DNA of 57,365 nucleotides, counting the filler, from Stramenopiles sp. TOSAG23-6 (taxonomy: Eukaryota): the NCBI GenBank assembly GCA_900128565.1. It is 3 parts of 3 records of this genome, joined end to end, with 100 filler letters (N's around TTAATTAATTAA, not from the genome) between each part and the next. Parts side by side here need not be neighbours in the genome. Positions count along the whole stretch, not along the records: positions 19,223 to 38,295 come from LT636056.1; 2 more parts are not named here. The stretch is one strand, 5' to 3'. Below the pieces are notes generated by a model. It saw only the letters and a list, made by a program, of their open reading frames with translations, searched no databases and was not told where the DNA came from. The translations under genes and the position numbers were made by a program. The stretch's first letter is position 1. Every line of letters starts with the position of its first letter. This document shows positions 23,701-34,000 of the stretch, in pieces.

Positions 23701-25331
23701 GTACGTTTTCATGATGCATTTCAAAAACGTTTTTTATTTTTTTTTTTTTGTATGAAATTCCGTACCTAACAATTTTTTTTCTAAAATATTTTTTTATTAC
23801 ACATTTGTGACCGGCACGTTATTGCAAGACGCCATAATGAAGATAAAGATCTTCCGTCATATTGCTGGCATAAACATGAGCATAAAAAAGAAATGTTTTG
23901 GGAATGCTCCACAAATATAAAACGAAACGTAGGTGGTCTTGAGAATACTCGATTATATGGCTGGTGTGGAACGCCTGGACGTCGAAATTATGGCATGGAA
24001 GACTTTGCGTCTGTTGGCTACTTAAATATAAAAAACGTCGTATTTTCAAATGAAAACAAAGTTGATTGGTTCGCTTTGTTTGATGGGCACGGAGGTAATG
24101 GTACTGCTTCATGGAATGCTGGCTTATATAATGATAGAAGTAATAATGTAGATAATGAATATTTAGGAAAAGAGGATGATACGGTCAATAAACACAGTCA
24201 AAATCTTTCTAAAACAAACCATGGTTTACACGTACATCTTGCTGCTACAGTAGCTAATTTTTTATTACTCCCGAGCAGTATTTTAAATACAAGTGTTGAT
24301 GATATTTCAGATTTGAGTGAAAATTCAATGGAATATTTGAATGATGTGAATGAAATTCATGAAATAACAGAACAACACAAGGGTCGCGTTTGGTGGGAGA
24401 AGGAACTTCTTGAAGATGCCATCAGTGAAGCATTTGATGCAGCTGATGAAGAAATATTGAATATGGTGGAGAATGAAAATAATGATGAAATAAATGTACC
24501 TCAGATTATAGGAAAGTCTGGATCTACTGCAACTATGTATGTTTTATTTTTTTTCAAATTCGAGTTTTTTTTCGTACGAAATTTTGTACCTAACAAAAAA
24601 CCATTTGAAATATTTTTCCAAAATACATATTACTAATGGGTTCTGAAACTTTAATGATAGGAAATGTTGGTGATTCGACTGCTATTTTATGTTGTGATGA
24701 AAATGATGAACCTATTGTTTTAAGCGAAGACCATTTACCCAGTCTACCGTCTGAACGATTACGTATTGAAAGTATCCCTGGTGGTCATGTACGTTTTCAT
24801 GATGAATTTCGAATTTATTTTTCATACGAAATTTTGTACCTAACGAATTTCGAATGTTTGAAATATTTTTTTTAATGCATGTTCATTGTCCTTCACTATC
24901 TGATATACATCATGGTTTTGGAACTTGTCGAGTTCAAGGGCAATTAGCGGGTACATTTTTATCATTAATTTCAATTTTGTTTAGTAGAAAAATTCCGTTT
25001 CTAACAAATTTCGAATGTAATATATTTTCACAAAAGATCAGTCTCACGATCACTTGGAGATTCCTCTTTGAAGCCTTACGTCTCTTCCTCTGCGTTTACT
25101 AGTCAATATGATTTCAAGGGATATGAAGAGTTTGCTATTATAGCTAGTGATGGACTATGGGAATCGCTATCTTTTAAACAAGCTGTAAGTCTTGTGCGTG
25201 ATTCTTTTTATGAAACGAGTCATCTCCGAACTGGTGAAACCTTATTTGAGGGGGCAGCAAGAAGGTTAGTTGAAGAAGCATACTTTAGAGATAGTGGAGA
25301 TAATATTGCAGCTTTAGTTATAGCTGTGTAA
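20725..25331 (+). CDS. Protein kinase - C2H2 zinc finger - PP2C phosphatase fusion, ~1191 aa, 11 exons
   Basis: After removing 10 family introns: GGSHGEVWRA, FILKR, HRDLKPSN, IADFSSA, YQPPE, YDLWTLG; CASC-x12-H-x5-H; GRRNYGMED, LFDGHGG, SGSTAT, NVGDS, GQLAVSRSLGD, IASDGLWE, DNI. Exon lengths sum to 3576 nt, a multiple of 3. Confidence 0.88.
21382..21469 (+). mobile_element. Introner-like intron, GT...AT, 88 nt
   Basis: aat|GTATGT...TATACCTAAC...AAAAACAT|gga. An in-frame GAG 6 nt downstream is an alternative acceptor. Confidence 0.75.
21625..21770 (+). repeat. Coding tandem repeat, 24 bp x ~6 (TNNPNKT[N/D])
   Basis: Repeated aatacaaacaatcctaataaaaca inside the kinase domain. Confidence 0.95.
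21875..21966 (+). mobile_element. Introner-like intron, GT...AT, 92 nt
   Basis: tat|GTATGTTTTA...TTGTACCTAAC...CCAAAATACAT|gaa, in frame to HRDLKPSN. An internal TAG 15 nt upstream is also in frame. Confidence 0.8.
22132..22223 (+). mobile_element. Introner-like intron, GT...AT, 92 nt
   Basis: gat|GTCTGTTTTA...CCAAAATACAT|ggt links HRDLKPSN to IADFS. No AG is in phase with this donor before DFS. Confidence 0.85.
22892..23053 (+). mobile_element. Introner-like intron, GT...AT, 162 nt, with internal duplication
   Basis: ggt at|GTACGT...TAATACAT|t ggt gives RDPLAGIGLGYESRWA. Confidence 0.75.
23088..23177 (+). mobile_element. Introner-like intron, GT...AT, 90 nt
   Basis: gat|GTACGT...TGTACCTAAT...ACAATGTAT|ctt. 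No AG inside. Gives WAVDLLWRLLRW..DR (kinase subdomain XI). Confidence 0.8.
23313..23440 (+). mobile_element. Introner-like intron, GT...AT, 128 nt, composite
   Basis: cct|GTACGT...CCAAAATTCAT|ggt. Includes a second 5'-half copy from about 23389. Confidence 0.7.
23701..23804 (+). mobile_element. Introner-like intron, GT...AT, 104 nt
   Basis: ag|GTACGT...CGTACCTAAC...TTACACAT|t restores exact C2H2 spacing. Confidence 0.85.
24537..24628 (+). mobile_element. Introner-like intron, GT...AT, 92 nt
   Basis: at|GTATGT...CCAAAATACAT|a gives the PP2C motif SGSTATILLMGSETLMIGNVGDS. Confidence 0.88.
24789..24880 (+). mobile_element. Introner-like intron, GT...AT, 92 nt
   Basis: cat|GTACGTTTTCAT...TAATGCAT|gtt. 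No AG in the intron; in frame to RVQGQLA. Confidence 0.85.
24951..25041 (+). mobile_element. Diverged family intron ending in canonical CAG, 91 nt
   Basis: g|GTACAT...TTTCTAAC...CACAAAAGATCAG|tc gives GQLAVSRSLGD. Confidence 0.8.
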
Positions 25332-25491
25332 TGAATAAACAAATACAAAAAGGATATATATATATTTACTGTATAAATTTATTAGTTACTTTTACAGACA
25401 TCGTTGTGTTTTCATAACTGAATACGAAATACAACAGTACTGGTATACTTTATTGTATTAAATGTATTTCATATCCAATTGTCACGTTTAT

Positions 25492-25563
25492 TGTGCGTAT
25501 TTCAATCAAAAACTCAAAGCTTATACTTGCCCTTTAGAGTGGTTGATATCAATATACGATACA
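25492..25563 (-). promoter_or_regulatory. SECIS element (type II-like) in the 3' UTR of the PDI-like selenoprotein
   Basis: Sense: CGTAT at TGAT ATCAA cc ACTC t AAA GGGC aagtataa GCTT t GAGT tt TTGAT TGAA ATACG. This gives helix I, a TGA/GA core, helix II, unpaired AAA and an apical mini-stem. Folded by eye. Confidence 0.75.
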
Positions 25564-25634
25564 TTAAAACATATGTCTCAGATAAATATAACATGTAGTT
25601 AAACTTGAACAGTTAAAATTTAGTTGTAAAAACT

Positions 25635-26213
25635 TTAGTGCAGATATATTTGTTCTAAAATGTTTAATCGTGCGAGAAGCCACAGCTTTAATTCCATTTT
25701 CAATTTAGCATTTTTCATTCCCTGCAAACGATCGATTTGTGACTTTATTGCAGTTTGTCCTTTGGCTTCCATCTTATCTATGTACTCAATTTCACGATTA
25801 GTGCATGTATCCCTTTTACTTACGTTACATGCTACAACTAAGTCATCAGCGACAAACTTTTTTAGATCGTGAAATGAACGACCACCAGTATATTTTTTGC
25901 CTTCTGTCTCTCCTTTTTGAAAGGAAAGCAATGTTGGGAAACCTTTGACCTCGTGAATAGAACAAAGATCGGTTTCTACTGTACAATCAACATCTGCTAT
26001 TAGGACAGAATATGCTGTGTAATAATCACTTAAAGCCTCCCAATCCGGCTTCAGCTTTTTACAATGACCTCACCAAGGAGCTTGAAACTTCACAAAAGCA
26101 CCGCCTTCAGATTTAGAAAGAGTTTGATCAAAATTTTTAGCAGTTAGTGAAATGGATTTTGCTGTAGCCATCGTCACTTGAACAAACACTGCAAATATCA
26201 ACGAACCCTGCAT
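25635..26213 (-). CDS. PDI-like thioredoxin selenoprotein, 192 aa, in-frame TGA at 26072-26070
   Basis: Signal peptide, then AFVKFQAPW-TGA-GHCKKLKPDW...IADVDCT...EVKGFPTL...YTGGR in one frame. Missed by the ORF track apart from its last 98 aa. Confidence 0.92.
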
Positions 26214-26437
26214 CTTTTCGCTGATCCCAGATCTGAAATCTATTGTGATTTGATATAGATGCGTAGATATGTACTACCAAAAAACAACAAAATTTAAATT
26301 TTTCCGTTAAAAAAAAAATAACGCCACCGAACCTCTCCTCTATCCAAGAGTCGTATTTTGTATTATATATGTATATGATGTATATCATTCAGATTCAATA
26401 GTAAACACATGAATAAATTCTTCAAATAGTAAAAATT

Positions 26438-26992
26438 ATGGGAGAAATGAATCTAGTTGTGAATCGAGAGAGAACGCTTCAAAGAAATCGAATTGGGATT
26501 AGAACATATGCTAAACGCCCTGATATTACAGAGCACCATTCGTTTCTTATGGGTTGTGACACGTTTGGCTTATCTTCTTTACTCGGAATCCAAGCAGTAA
26601 ACGAAAAGACAACACTCAAAGAATTCCGCACAATTTTTGAAATCAATAAAGATAGAGGAATGAATCGCCGATCAACAATGTTTTGTGAGATATTGCAGCT
26701 CATGCAGTCTGTGTCAAATCCATTTGAATATTCTGATAAAAAAAAGTATACAGAATATAAGTTTGGTGTTATTCCTGTAATATCACCAACATCCTTGGAT
26801 ATTCCATTTATCATTCCTCGACGAGAAGAATCTTATATTACATGTATGCAACTTCCAGTGATACAGTCATATCCTACTTTGGTCATAGTGCCAATAACTC
26901 AAGTAAATCCATATACTGGACAAGTTGAAGGCTGGGAAGAACGCAACGAAAAAAATTATAATAATTTTGAATTTCCTCTAAAAGTAAAATGA
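26438..26992 (+). CDS. Hypothetical protein, 184 aa
   Basis: ATG-initiated ORF divergent from the PDI gene; no recognised motif. Confidence 0.6.
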   Translation: MGEMNLVVNRERTLQRNRIGIRTYAKRPDITEHHSFLMGCDTFGLSSLLGIQAVNEKTTLKEFRTIFEINKDRGMNRRSTMFCEILQLMQSVSNPFEYSDKKKYTEYKFGVIPVISPTSLDIPFIIPRREESYITCMQLPVIQSYPTLVIVPITQVNPYTGQVEGWEERNEKNYNNFEFPLKVK

Positions 26993-27089
26993 AAAATAGA
27001 TTTTTAAAATAAATTAGATTGTTACCCATTTTATTACTCAAGTTGTACAGTAGTAACTTCTTCTCTCATTTTGAAAAAGTAGAGGGGGT

Positions 27090-27832
27090 TCACTTTTCTT
27101 TTGGTTTAAAATAAAGGTAATAAAGAGCTATACCACCCCACATTAATAGAAGAAAAATAACAAGCGAGTTATATAAAAAATATGTCAAATTCGAAATTCG
27201 TTAGGTACGGAATTTGGTACGAAAAAAAAAATGAAATGTATGATGAAAACGTACATAATATACCAGAATTTAGACGTGAAGCCCCCAAAATATTTTCCCT
27301 TTGATTTTTTATTTCCTCGCTTCTTTGAAGGTTTTGAAGGGTTTACATCGACGGCCACAGAAATTGGATTTTCTACTTCATTCTTTTGATTATTTTCTTT
27401 TTTTGATCCTTTTGATTTTTTACGGCGTCGTTTTTTCTTACGTCCTTTTTTGGGGACTTTTTCGATTTTTTCTGTCTTCTTTGAGTCTTTTGAGTCTTGT
27501 GGTAACGAAGTATGTTCTCCATGTTGTGGACTGTCTGGAGCATGATCGTGACTGTTTCTGAGCCAAACTTCAGAAGAATCTAAACCAACAGCAATTTTGT
27601 TCTCTTTTATCCTGGTGCTTTCTGCAACATCAGGATTAACCACCTCGTGAGCTTCCACTGCTACTTTGTTTTTGTTGTCTTCAACTCGAACGTCACTCTT
27701 TTCTGTTGGTTCTGTGGTAGATATCGCTGATTTTGCAACTGGAGTAGCACTTTCCTCTTGTACGGGCATAGTTGATTCTAAAGTGTCTGAATTATCTTTA
27801 CGGCGGGAAAACGCTCTCTTCAGCTTTTTCAT
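27090..27832 (-). CDS. Lys-rich tail-anchored membrane protein, ~214 aa; exons 27832-27255 and ~27156-27090
   Basis: Removing the family intron yields a C-terminal TM segment KFWYIIFLLLMWGGIALYYLYFKPKEK. Confidence 0.6.
27157..27254 (-). mobile_element. Introner-like intron, probably GT...AT, 98 nt (acceptor uncertain)
   Basis: at|GTACGTTTTCATC...CCGTACCTAAC; 3' end diverged. GTTAT|t gives the TM frame and there is no nearby in-phase AG. Confidence 0.65.
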
Positions 27833-28025
27833 ACTAATTGTGTGCTATCCTTGGATACGAAAGGCCAATATCATATATTAATAACGGTCGAAAAAACAAG
27901 AAAAGAAAAAAAAAAACCGCCGGAACCATGGGTACCGGGTAACTACCTACATGTCAACTGAAACGAGTAACTGTAAATCAATTTTTCCTTTTTAGTCATT
28001 CACAACTACACCCTGGAAACAGGCA

Positions 28026-31000
28026 ATGTCGTCCCCAGGGCATGGGAAATTGTCTCATGGCCCCCGTATACTTAAACGGGGTCATGCTGCTCGATTTTCT
28101 CCAAAGATTCGTCGTGAAGTAGTTGACTTGAAGCAGCAGTTCAAACAGCAACGGCAGCAAGCCGTAAGCTCTGCAGTAATTACATCGACAAAAAATATTT
28201 CAGCTGGTCCTCAAATTAGACATAGGGAAAAGAATAATAGAACTCATACATCAAACCATAGTCCCCAACATAGTATACTAATGGCTGCAATTCGTGGTCT
28301 CCGTGCTAAAAAAGTCAAATTAGATCAAAGAGATCCTAAAGTGATAAGAGCAGGTGACGCAGTAAGAGCCGCATTTCGTAATTCGGAACTCTGGTATGAC
28401 GGTGTCATTACAAAGGTAAATGATGACCATACGTATAATGTTCGATATGATGATGGTGCAAAGGAACTAAATAAACCTCGAAAATTCGTTAAAAAACTTC
28501 GTGTACAAAACCCTATAGATCCAATAGAAGATATACAGCAGTACAACAATAATTCTCTAGAAAAAAAACAACGTGAAATGCTACAAAAAAATAAAAAGAG
28601 ACGAAACACAAGAAAAATAGATCATAGTCAAATAGAAAGTAAGATTGATCCAGCAGGTACTAGTAGTAGTAGTGATTATGAAGGTGATATTTCTACTCCA
28701 TCGCGTGCGAGAAGCCGATCAAAAACTAGGCATCCGCGTACTAATAGAAGTCATTCAAGAGAGTCAAAAAAGAGTGAAAATATTGATATACGTCCGGGGT
28801 CTACTCCTAGTAATACAAATGTTTGTAGATATGATAAATATGGGCCTCCTAGTCGAATGGCTGGGAAAAACGAGGTGGATCAAAAACGGAACGTACCAAA
28901 ACGAACAACATCGTCAAAAATAGATATAGTTAGTAGAAAAGTTTGGGGGGATACTAGTCTCAATACAAATGAAAATGAATACATTGCAGAAGAAAAAATT
29001 GTTATTGGACCTTCTAGTTCATTTCGTTCAAAAGAAAGTACCTTTGTACCATACTCTAGATCGGAATTGATAAAACTTCGAAGTAAAGCCTTAGATTTAC
29101 ATAAAAAAGCATCAAGTAGCACAAAGAGTAATCAACTTGATCTACCGATTGATTTAGCATTTTGTAGATTATCTTGGAAACCTCAAGAAATACTACATCT
29201 ATCGAAATGGCGCGAAGTTGCGACAGATGCAGCATTACATAGAATATTACGGGCATATCCCAAGTCACCTCTCGGTTGTGGTCCCTCGGAGCTTTTTCTT
29301 TCAAATTGTGAGCATCTTTCTTATAGGACAGTCGAAACAATAGCCACAAATTTATATGCATCTCCACCTTTATCAGAAGAACTTACTTGGGGTCCAAACA
29401 AAAGGAATCCTTGGGAACCATACACTTCGACTTATTCAGGTTTGAGGACCATCCATGCCCAAAATTGTCATTCTATTCGTTTTAGATCTAAATTAAAAAA
29501 TATAGGTTTAGGTGCAGCTCAAAAACAGCGGCGTTATAAAGGAGAAGAGTATTCTCAGAAAGCTACACGGATATTGGGTTCTGGATTATGTCGTGTTCAA
29601 TTTTTGGACCTCAGTGGTAATATTAAACTACTTGACTCTGATATACAAGTAGTTTCTGAGACAATGCCGATGTTGAAGTATTTGTCTGTGGCCGGTTGTA
29701 AGAGCATAGGAGATCGATCAGCGAAATTCATTGTTGCTGGTTGTCCACGTTTAAAAGCAATAGATTTTTCTGGATGTAATAACTACAATGATGGTCACGG
29801 ATTAACAGATGTTGGACTTAAATTTCTTGTAGGAGATCATGTTAATAGCGGTTTGCCTTTGACTGTTCTTAGAATTGCTGATTGTTTTGAAATATCTGAT
29901 ATTGGGTTTCAAGCAATTGCTGGTAGTAAAAGTGCTGGTAACACATTGAGAACGTTAGATGTAAGCGGGTGTAAACGCATAGGAGATCAAGGTGCAAGGC
30001 ATCTAGTAGAGACGCCACTGTTCCGCGGGGGTCTCATGAAACGCGCAAAAGGTCTACAGGCTTTAACATCACTAGATATATCATTTCTATCAGAAATGAC
30101 AGGGCTTGCTGTTGCATGGATTTGCGCTGGATGTCCGCAACTTCAACGAGTTACAATGATAGAACTTTCAGCATTAGATGATAATGGGTGTGATTCTATT
30201 GGGTCACTTCGTGCGCTCTCGGGCATTTCATTATGTAGGTGCTCGTCGGTGACGGATGCGGGTGTAGTTGGGATGGCAAATATAGTTCGCAATCGATGTG
30301 AAGTAGAAAGAAAAACACCGTATGTACAGGAAATTAATATTAGCGGGTGTAAGGCACTTGGCGATGCCTCAGTTGCAGCCCTAGGTGCCGCATTTGGAAA
30401 AAGTTTACTGTGGGCTGATATCTCTGAACTTCATGGATTAGAAGGACCTGGACTTGCAGCATTTATTAAGAAGTCGTCAAATCTTTTACACCTTTCATTA
30501 CGGCGGTGTTATAAAGTTGAAACCAGAGCTCTCAAATATATTGGTAGAGAGTGTCGTCGTCTAATATATCTAGATATTTCACACTGTATTGGAGTTACAG
30601 ATGATACTATAATCAGTTTACATAATTTGAAACATTTGCGCGTATTAGATCTCACAATGTGTACAAAACTAACGGATTCAGGTGTCGGGTATGTCCCGAA
30701 TGATGGTCTTAAACAACTCTTTCTCGATGGAATTAGTTTATTAACTGATGCTGGTATTACTACTATTGCAGAGAAATGTCATAACTTACGTGTGCTGCAT
30801 TGTGTTGGTTGTAAACTTATTACGCCTGTCTCCCCAGTCATTCTTTTCAAGGAATGTAAAAAGTTACGAGAGTTAAATGTCCTTGGTTGCCCAAATATTC
30901 GACCTTCCCTAATAGCATCACTTGCGGCACTACGACCACGGACAGCAAGTATAAATGAACCAGACAAAAAACTAGACCTTAGTACTATAGATCACCGATC

Positions 31001-34000
31001 TTTCTTGCCGCGACTTTCGCCAGCTGTTTTGCGTCATAGATCTTCTACTGATGCAGCTGAAGAGGCGTATCAAAGAGATTTATCTGCAGATGCTGTTTGT
31101 GGTTTAATCGGAGTTCATGGTGGTGACCTTGGAGATGGTTTGGATGATAATTTTTCTGAAGGTAGTTCTGGTAATAACAGTGCTTTAATTCGCATACTCT
31201 CTGGTGAAACTGGAAGTAAACACCGTCAGCCACATCGAAGAAGATTTGCTGAACCAACATCTCTCCGTGGAGGATTCCGTGGTGTTCGGCCTGTCAAGAA
31301 TTCTATAGGCTTACTCCAACAAGATCAATGTATGAGTGACATCTCCAGACAGAGGAAAGCTGTGAATCTAATGCAAAGTACGGTGCGTGCATTTACAGCT
31401 CGTTTGAGATTCCGTAAATTAATTAAAGGTGTACGACAGAAAAAGTGGGATGCAGCGCAACTTGTTCAAGCAAGATGGCGAGGTCGAGGTACTCGTTCAA
31501 TATTTCAGTTGTGGGCTCTGCATAAGCAACATGCTGCAAATATTATGCAGAAAGTAGTACTTCGAAGATTAACTCGTCGTCGTTGCTGGATGTTGAAACG
31601 ATTTGCAGTAAAATGGTGGCGTTTAGAAGCTCGTGAACTTCATCGAAATGCTATTCAGCTTCGATATGTAATGCATGGCTGGTTTGCATATTCGCACATG
31701 CGTTATCTATTAGAAAAAAATCACAAAAAAATAGGTATGAAAGGTTTACGTTTATGTGTTGAATGGAATAAGCACGATCGTCGATCAGCTGCTGATGCAT
31801 TTATGGGTGCCGTAGACACTGAAACGTTTAACAGTAGTAGCTCTATCCGATGGCTTCGCAAAGGTGATCGATATTATGCTACTTGTTTGAAGAGACGCAT
31901 GATGCGAGGTTGGTGGTTGGGTGTAATGCAAGCGCGGCTACTCAAACGAAAAGCCAAAACATTTTACCTTAAAATGTTTGCATCAGGAGTTACTTTGGTA
32001 TTACTATCTTGGAGGGGGTATGCTGAAAAGAGGTTAGAACAAAAGGCTCGTTACCAAGAGGCCGATAAATTCGCTAGGATAAAGAAAATTCGAAGATCAG
32101 TTCAAACGTGGCACAGAATTGCATCAGTGCGTGCGGAACAGGGTCGACGACTTCGTAAAGCTGTGATGTTCATGACAAATGGTCTTCTTGTGAGATCATG
32201 GATGAACTGGAATTATATGGTGAAAGAACGCAAAGCAATGCGGCGCGCCGCTGCTCATTTGTTGAATCGAAGACTGTCGCAAGTATGGTGTCGTTGGGGA
32301 ATGTTTGTACAAATTCAGTTAGAAGAGAAAAGAAAGATGGCAAAAGCTTTGCGATGGATGAAGCACGGTGCAAAGATGAAGTTCTTTCATTTATGGAAAG
32401 ATTGGTTAAAACGAAGAAAGGATCTTGTAAGGCGTACTATTGCTCGAATGCTTTTTAAATATCTTGCTGGTGGGTTCTTTCAATGGATGGACTGGTATAA
32501 TGAACATAAACGCCGTGGGTTGATTGCTGCTCGGGTCCAGGCTTTATGGAGGGGGCGCATGGCGCGTGATGGGTATGATGACTATAGAATAGATATGAAT
32601 TGGGCGACTACAAAAATACAGACATTTTACAGGGGTAATTTGGGTAAGAAACGAGCTTGGAAGCAGGCTCGTATGAATCGCATAAAAGAGTATATGGAAA
32701 TTAATGAACCAGAGATGGCTTTAATGGCTTTGGAAGAAGAGCAAGGAATTTTATTCCGTGCCATGTTCAAAGTAGCTCGTGCTTTTCAGCGGATTTTTCG
32801 TGGTGAAAAGGGAAGGCTAATGGCACAATTACAAAAGCGGGTAAGGAATAAGAGCGAACAATTAAAAAGGGCAGTAAGGAAACAACAGATTTTAGAAGAG
32901 GTCGAAGAAAAGCAAGCAGAGCGCGAAAAGACCAGAGAACTTGAATATGATGCAGCAGTGAAACTACAAGTTTGTTGGAAAAGAAAGATTGCCACTAGAT
33001 ATTTAGAAATGCTCAGAAAAAAAGCTCGTGAGAAAGGCGCAACAATTAAAGCACAGCAAATGTATCGCTGTCGTCTCGGCAAAAGAGCTGCAGGAAAGCG
33101 TCGTCGTTTACTTGAACAAAGAAGTCACATGCGTGAGCGTCGCGCAGAAGCGGGCAAAGTGTATCGTTTCTTCCGCTACATGCATCGACGACAGCAGTTA
33201 AAAGTTCTTACAAAACTTGCGTACATGGGAATGTGGCCCGATTCTTATCATTTCAAAATATCTCAGCACAAAAAAGAAATAATGATTGATGCTGCTCGGT
33301 TCTTTAGGCATATGAAATGTGTGAGTGCTGACATTGCTGATTTTATTAGGCAGCAGTATTGGGCTTGGCAGCACGGTGTGCAGCCGGGAGATGCAAATGT
33401 CCTTCAAAGAACTCGTCGCTCACAATATCCACAAATATGTCCTGGAATGGCAGTTCGTATCATTGATAGGTCTTCTCGATTATGTGGCGAAGAAGGATAT
33501 GTCCTTAACATTTTACGTAAAGGTACACCAAATGCAGCTGCTGAAGTTGTTATGGATAAAGACGATCGCATAATTGTTCAAAACCTTCGATACGACTTCA
33601 CAAAATCTATCAAAAATAGACCAACTTTGGACCAAGTCCCAAAGCTGGAATTCGAAACCATACCATACGCACGAGTTGTAAATAGTCGTGCTGAGTTATT
33701 TGCGCTTGCAGAAGACTCGCGTATTCGAAACGAGCAGAATCGCGCCAATACATTGTTAGCTAAAATTATACGTGGTAGAAATGCTCGAAAGAGGCATAAG
33801 ATGTTATATGCAGAGTGGATGGTAGAGATTGAAGAAAGGCGGGAAGAAGTATTTCGTATATTGTCGAAATTGAACTTAGCAAACATGACCATTGGTAGAC
33901 TACTTGTGCGATTAAAACTTGTACGCCCTCGAGAATTACCACCACAGTTACCTGAAATTGATATCATTGATCGCATCTTAGGAGGGGGTAAAGACGCCGT

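Noticed and set aside
20725-25331. Fragmented ORFs as pseudogenes disrupted by transposons
   Set aside because: Precise removal restores one frame with no other lesions, and the inserts have diverged from each other while the exon motifs stayed intact.
26070-26072. Genome-wide reassignment of TGA
   Set aside because: TGA terminates other genes here (17427, 26992, 39244). The only in-frame case is at a redox Cys position and has a SECIS.
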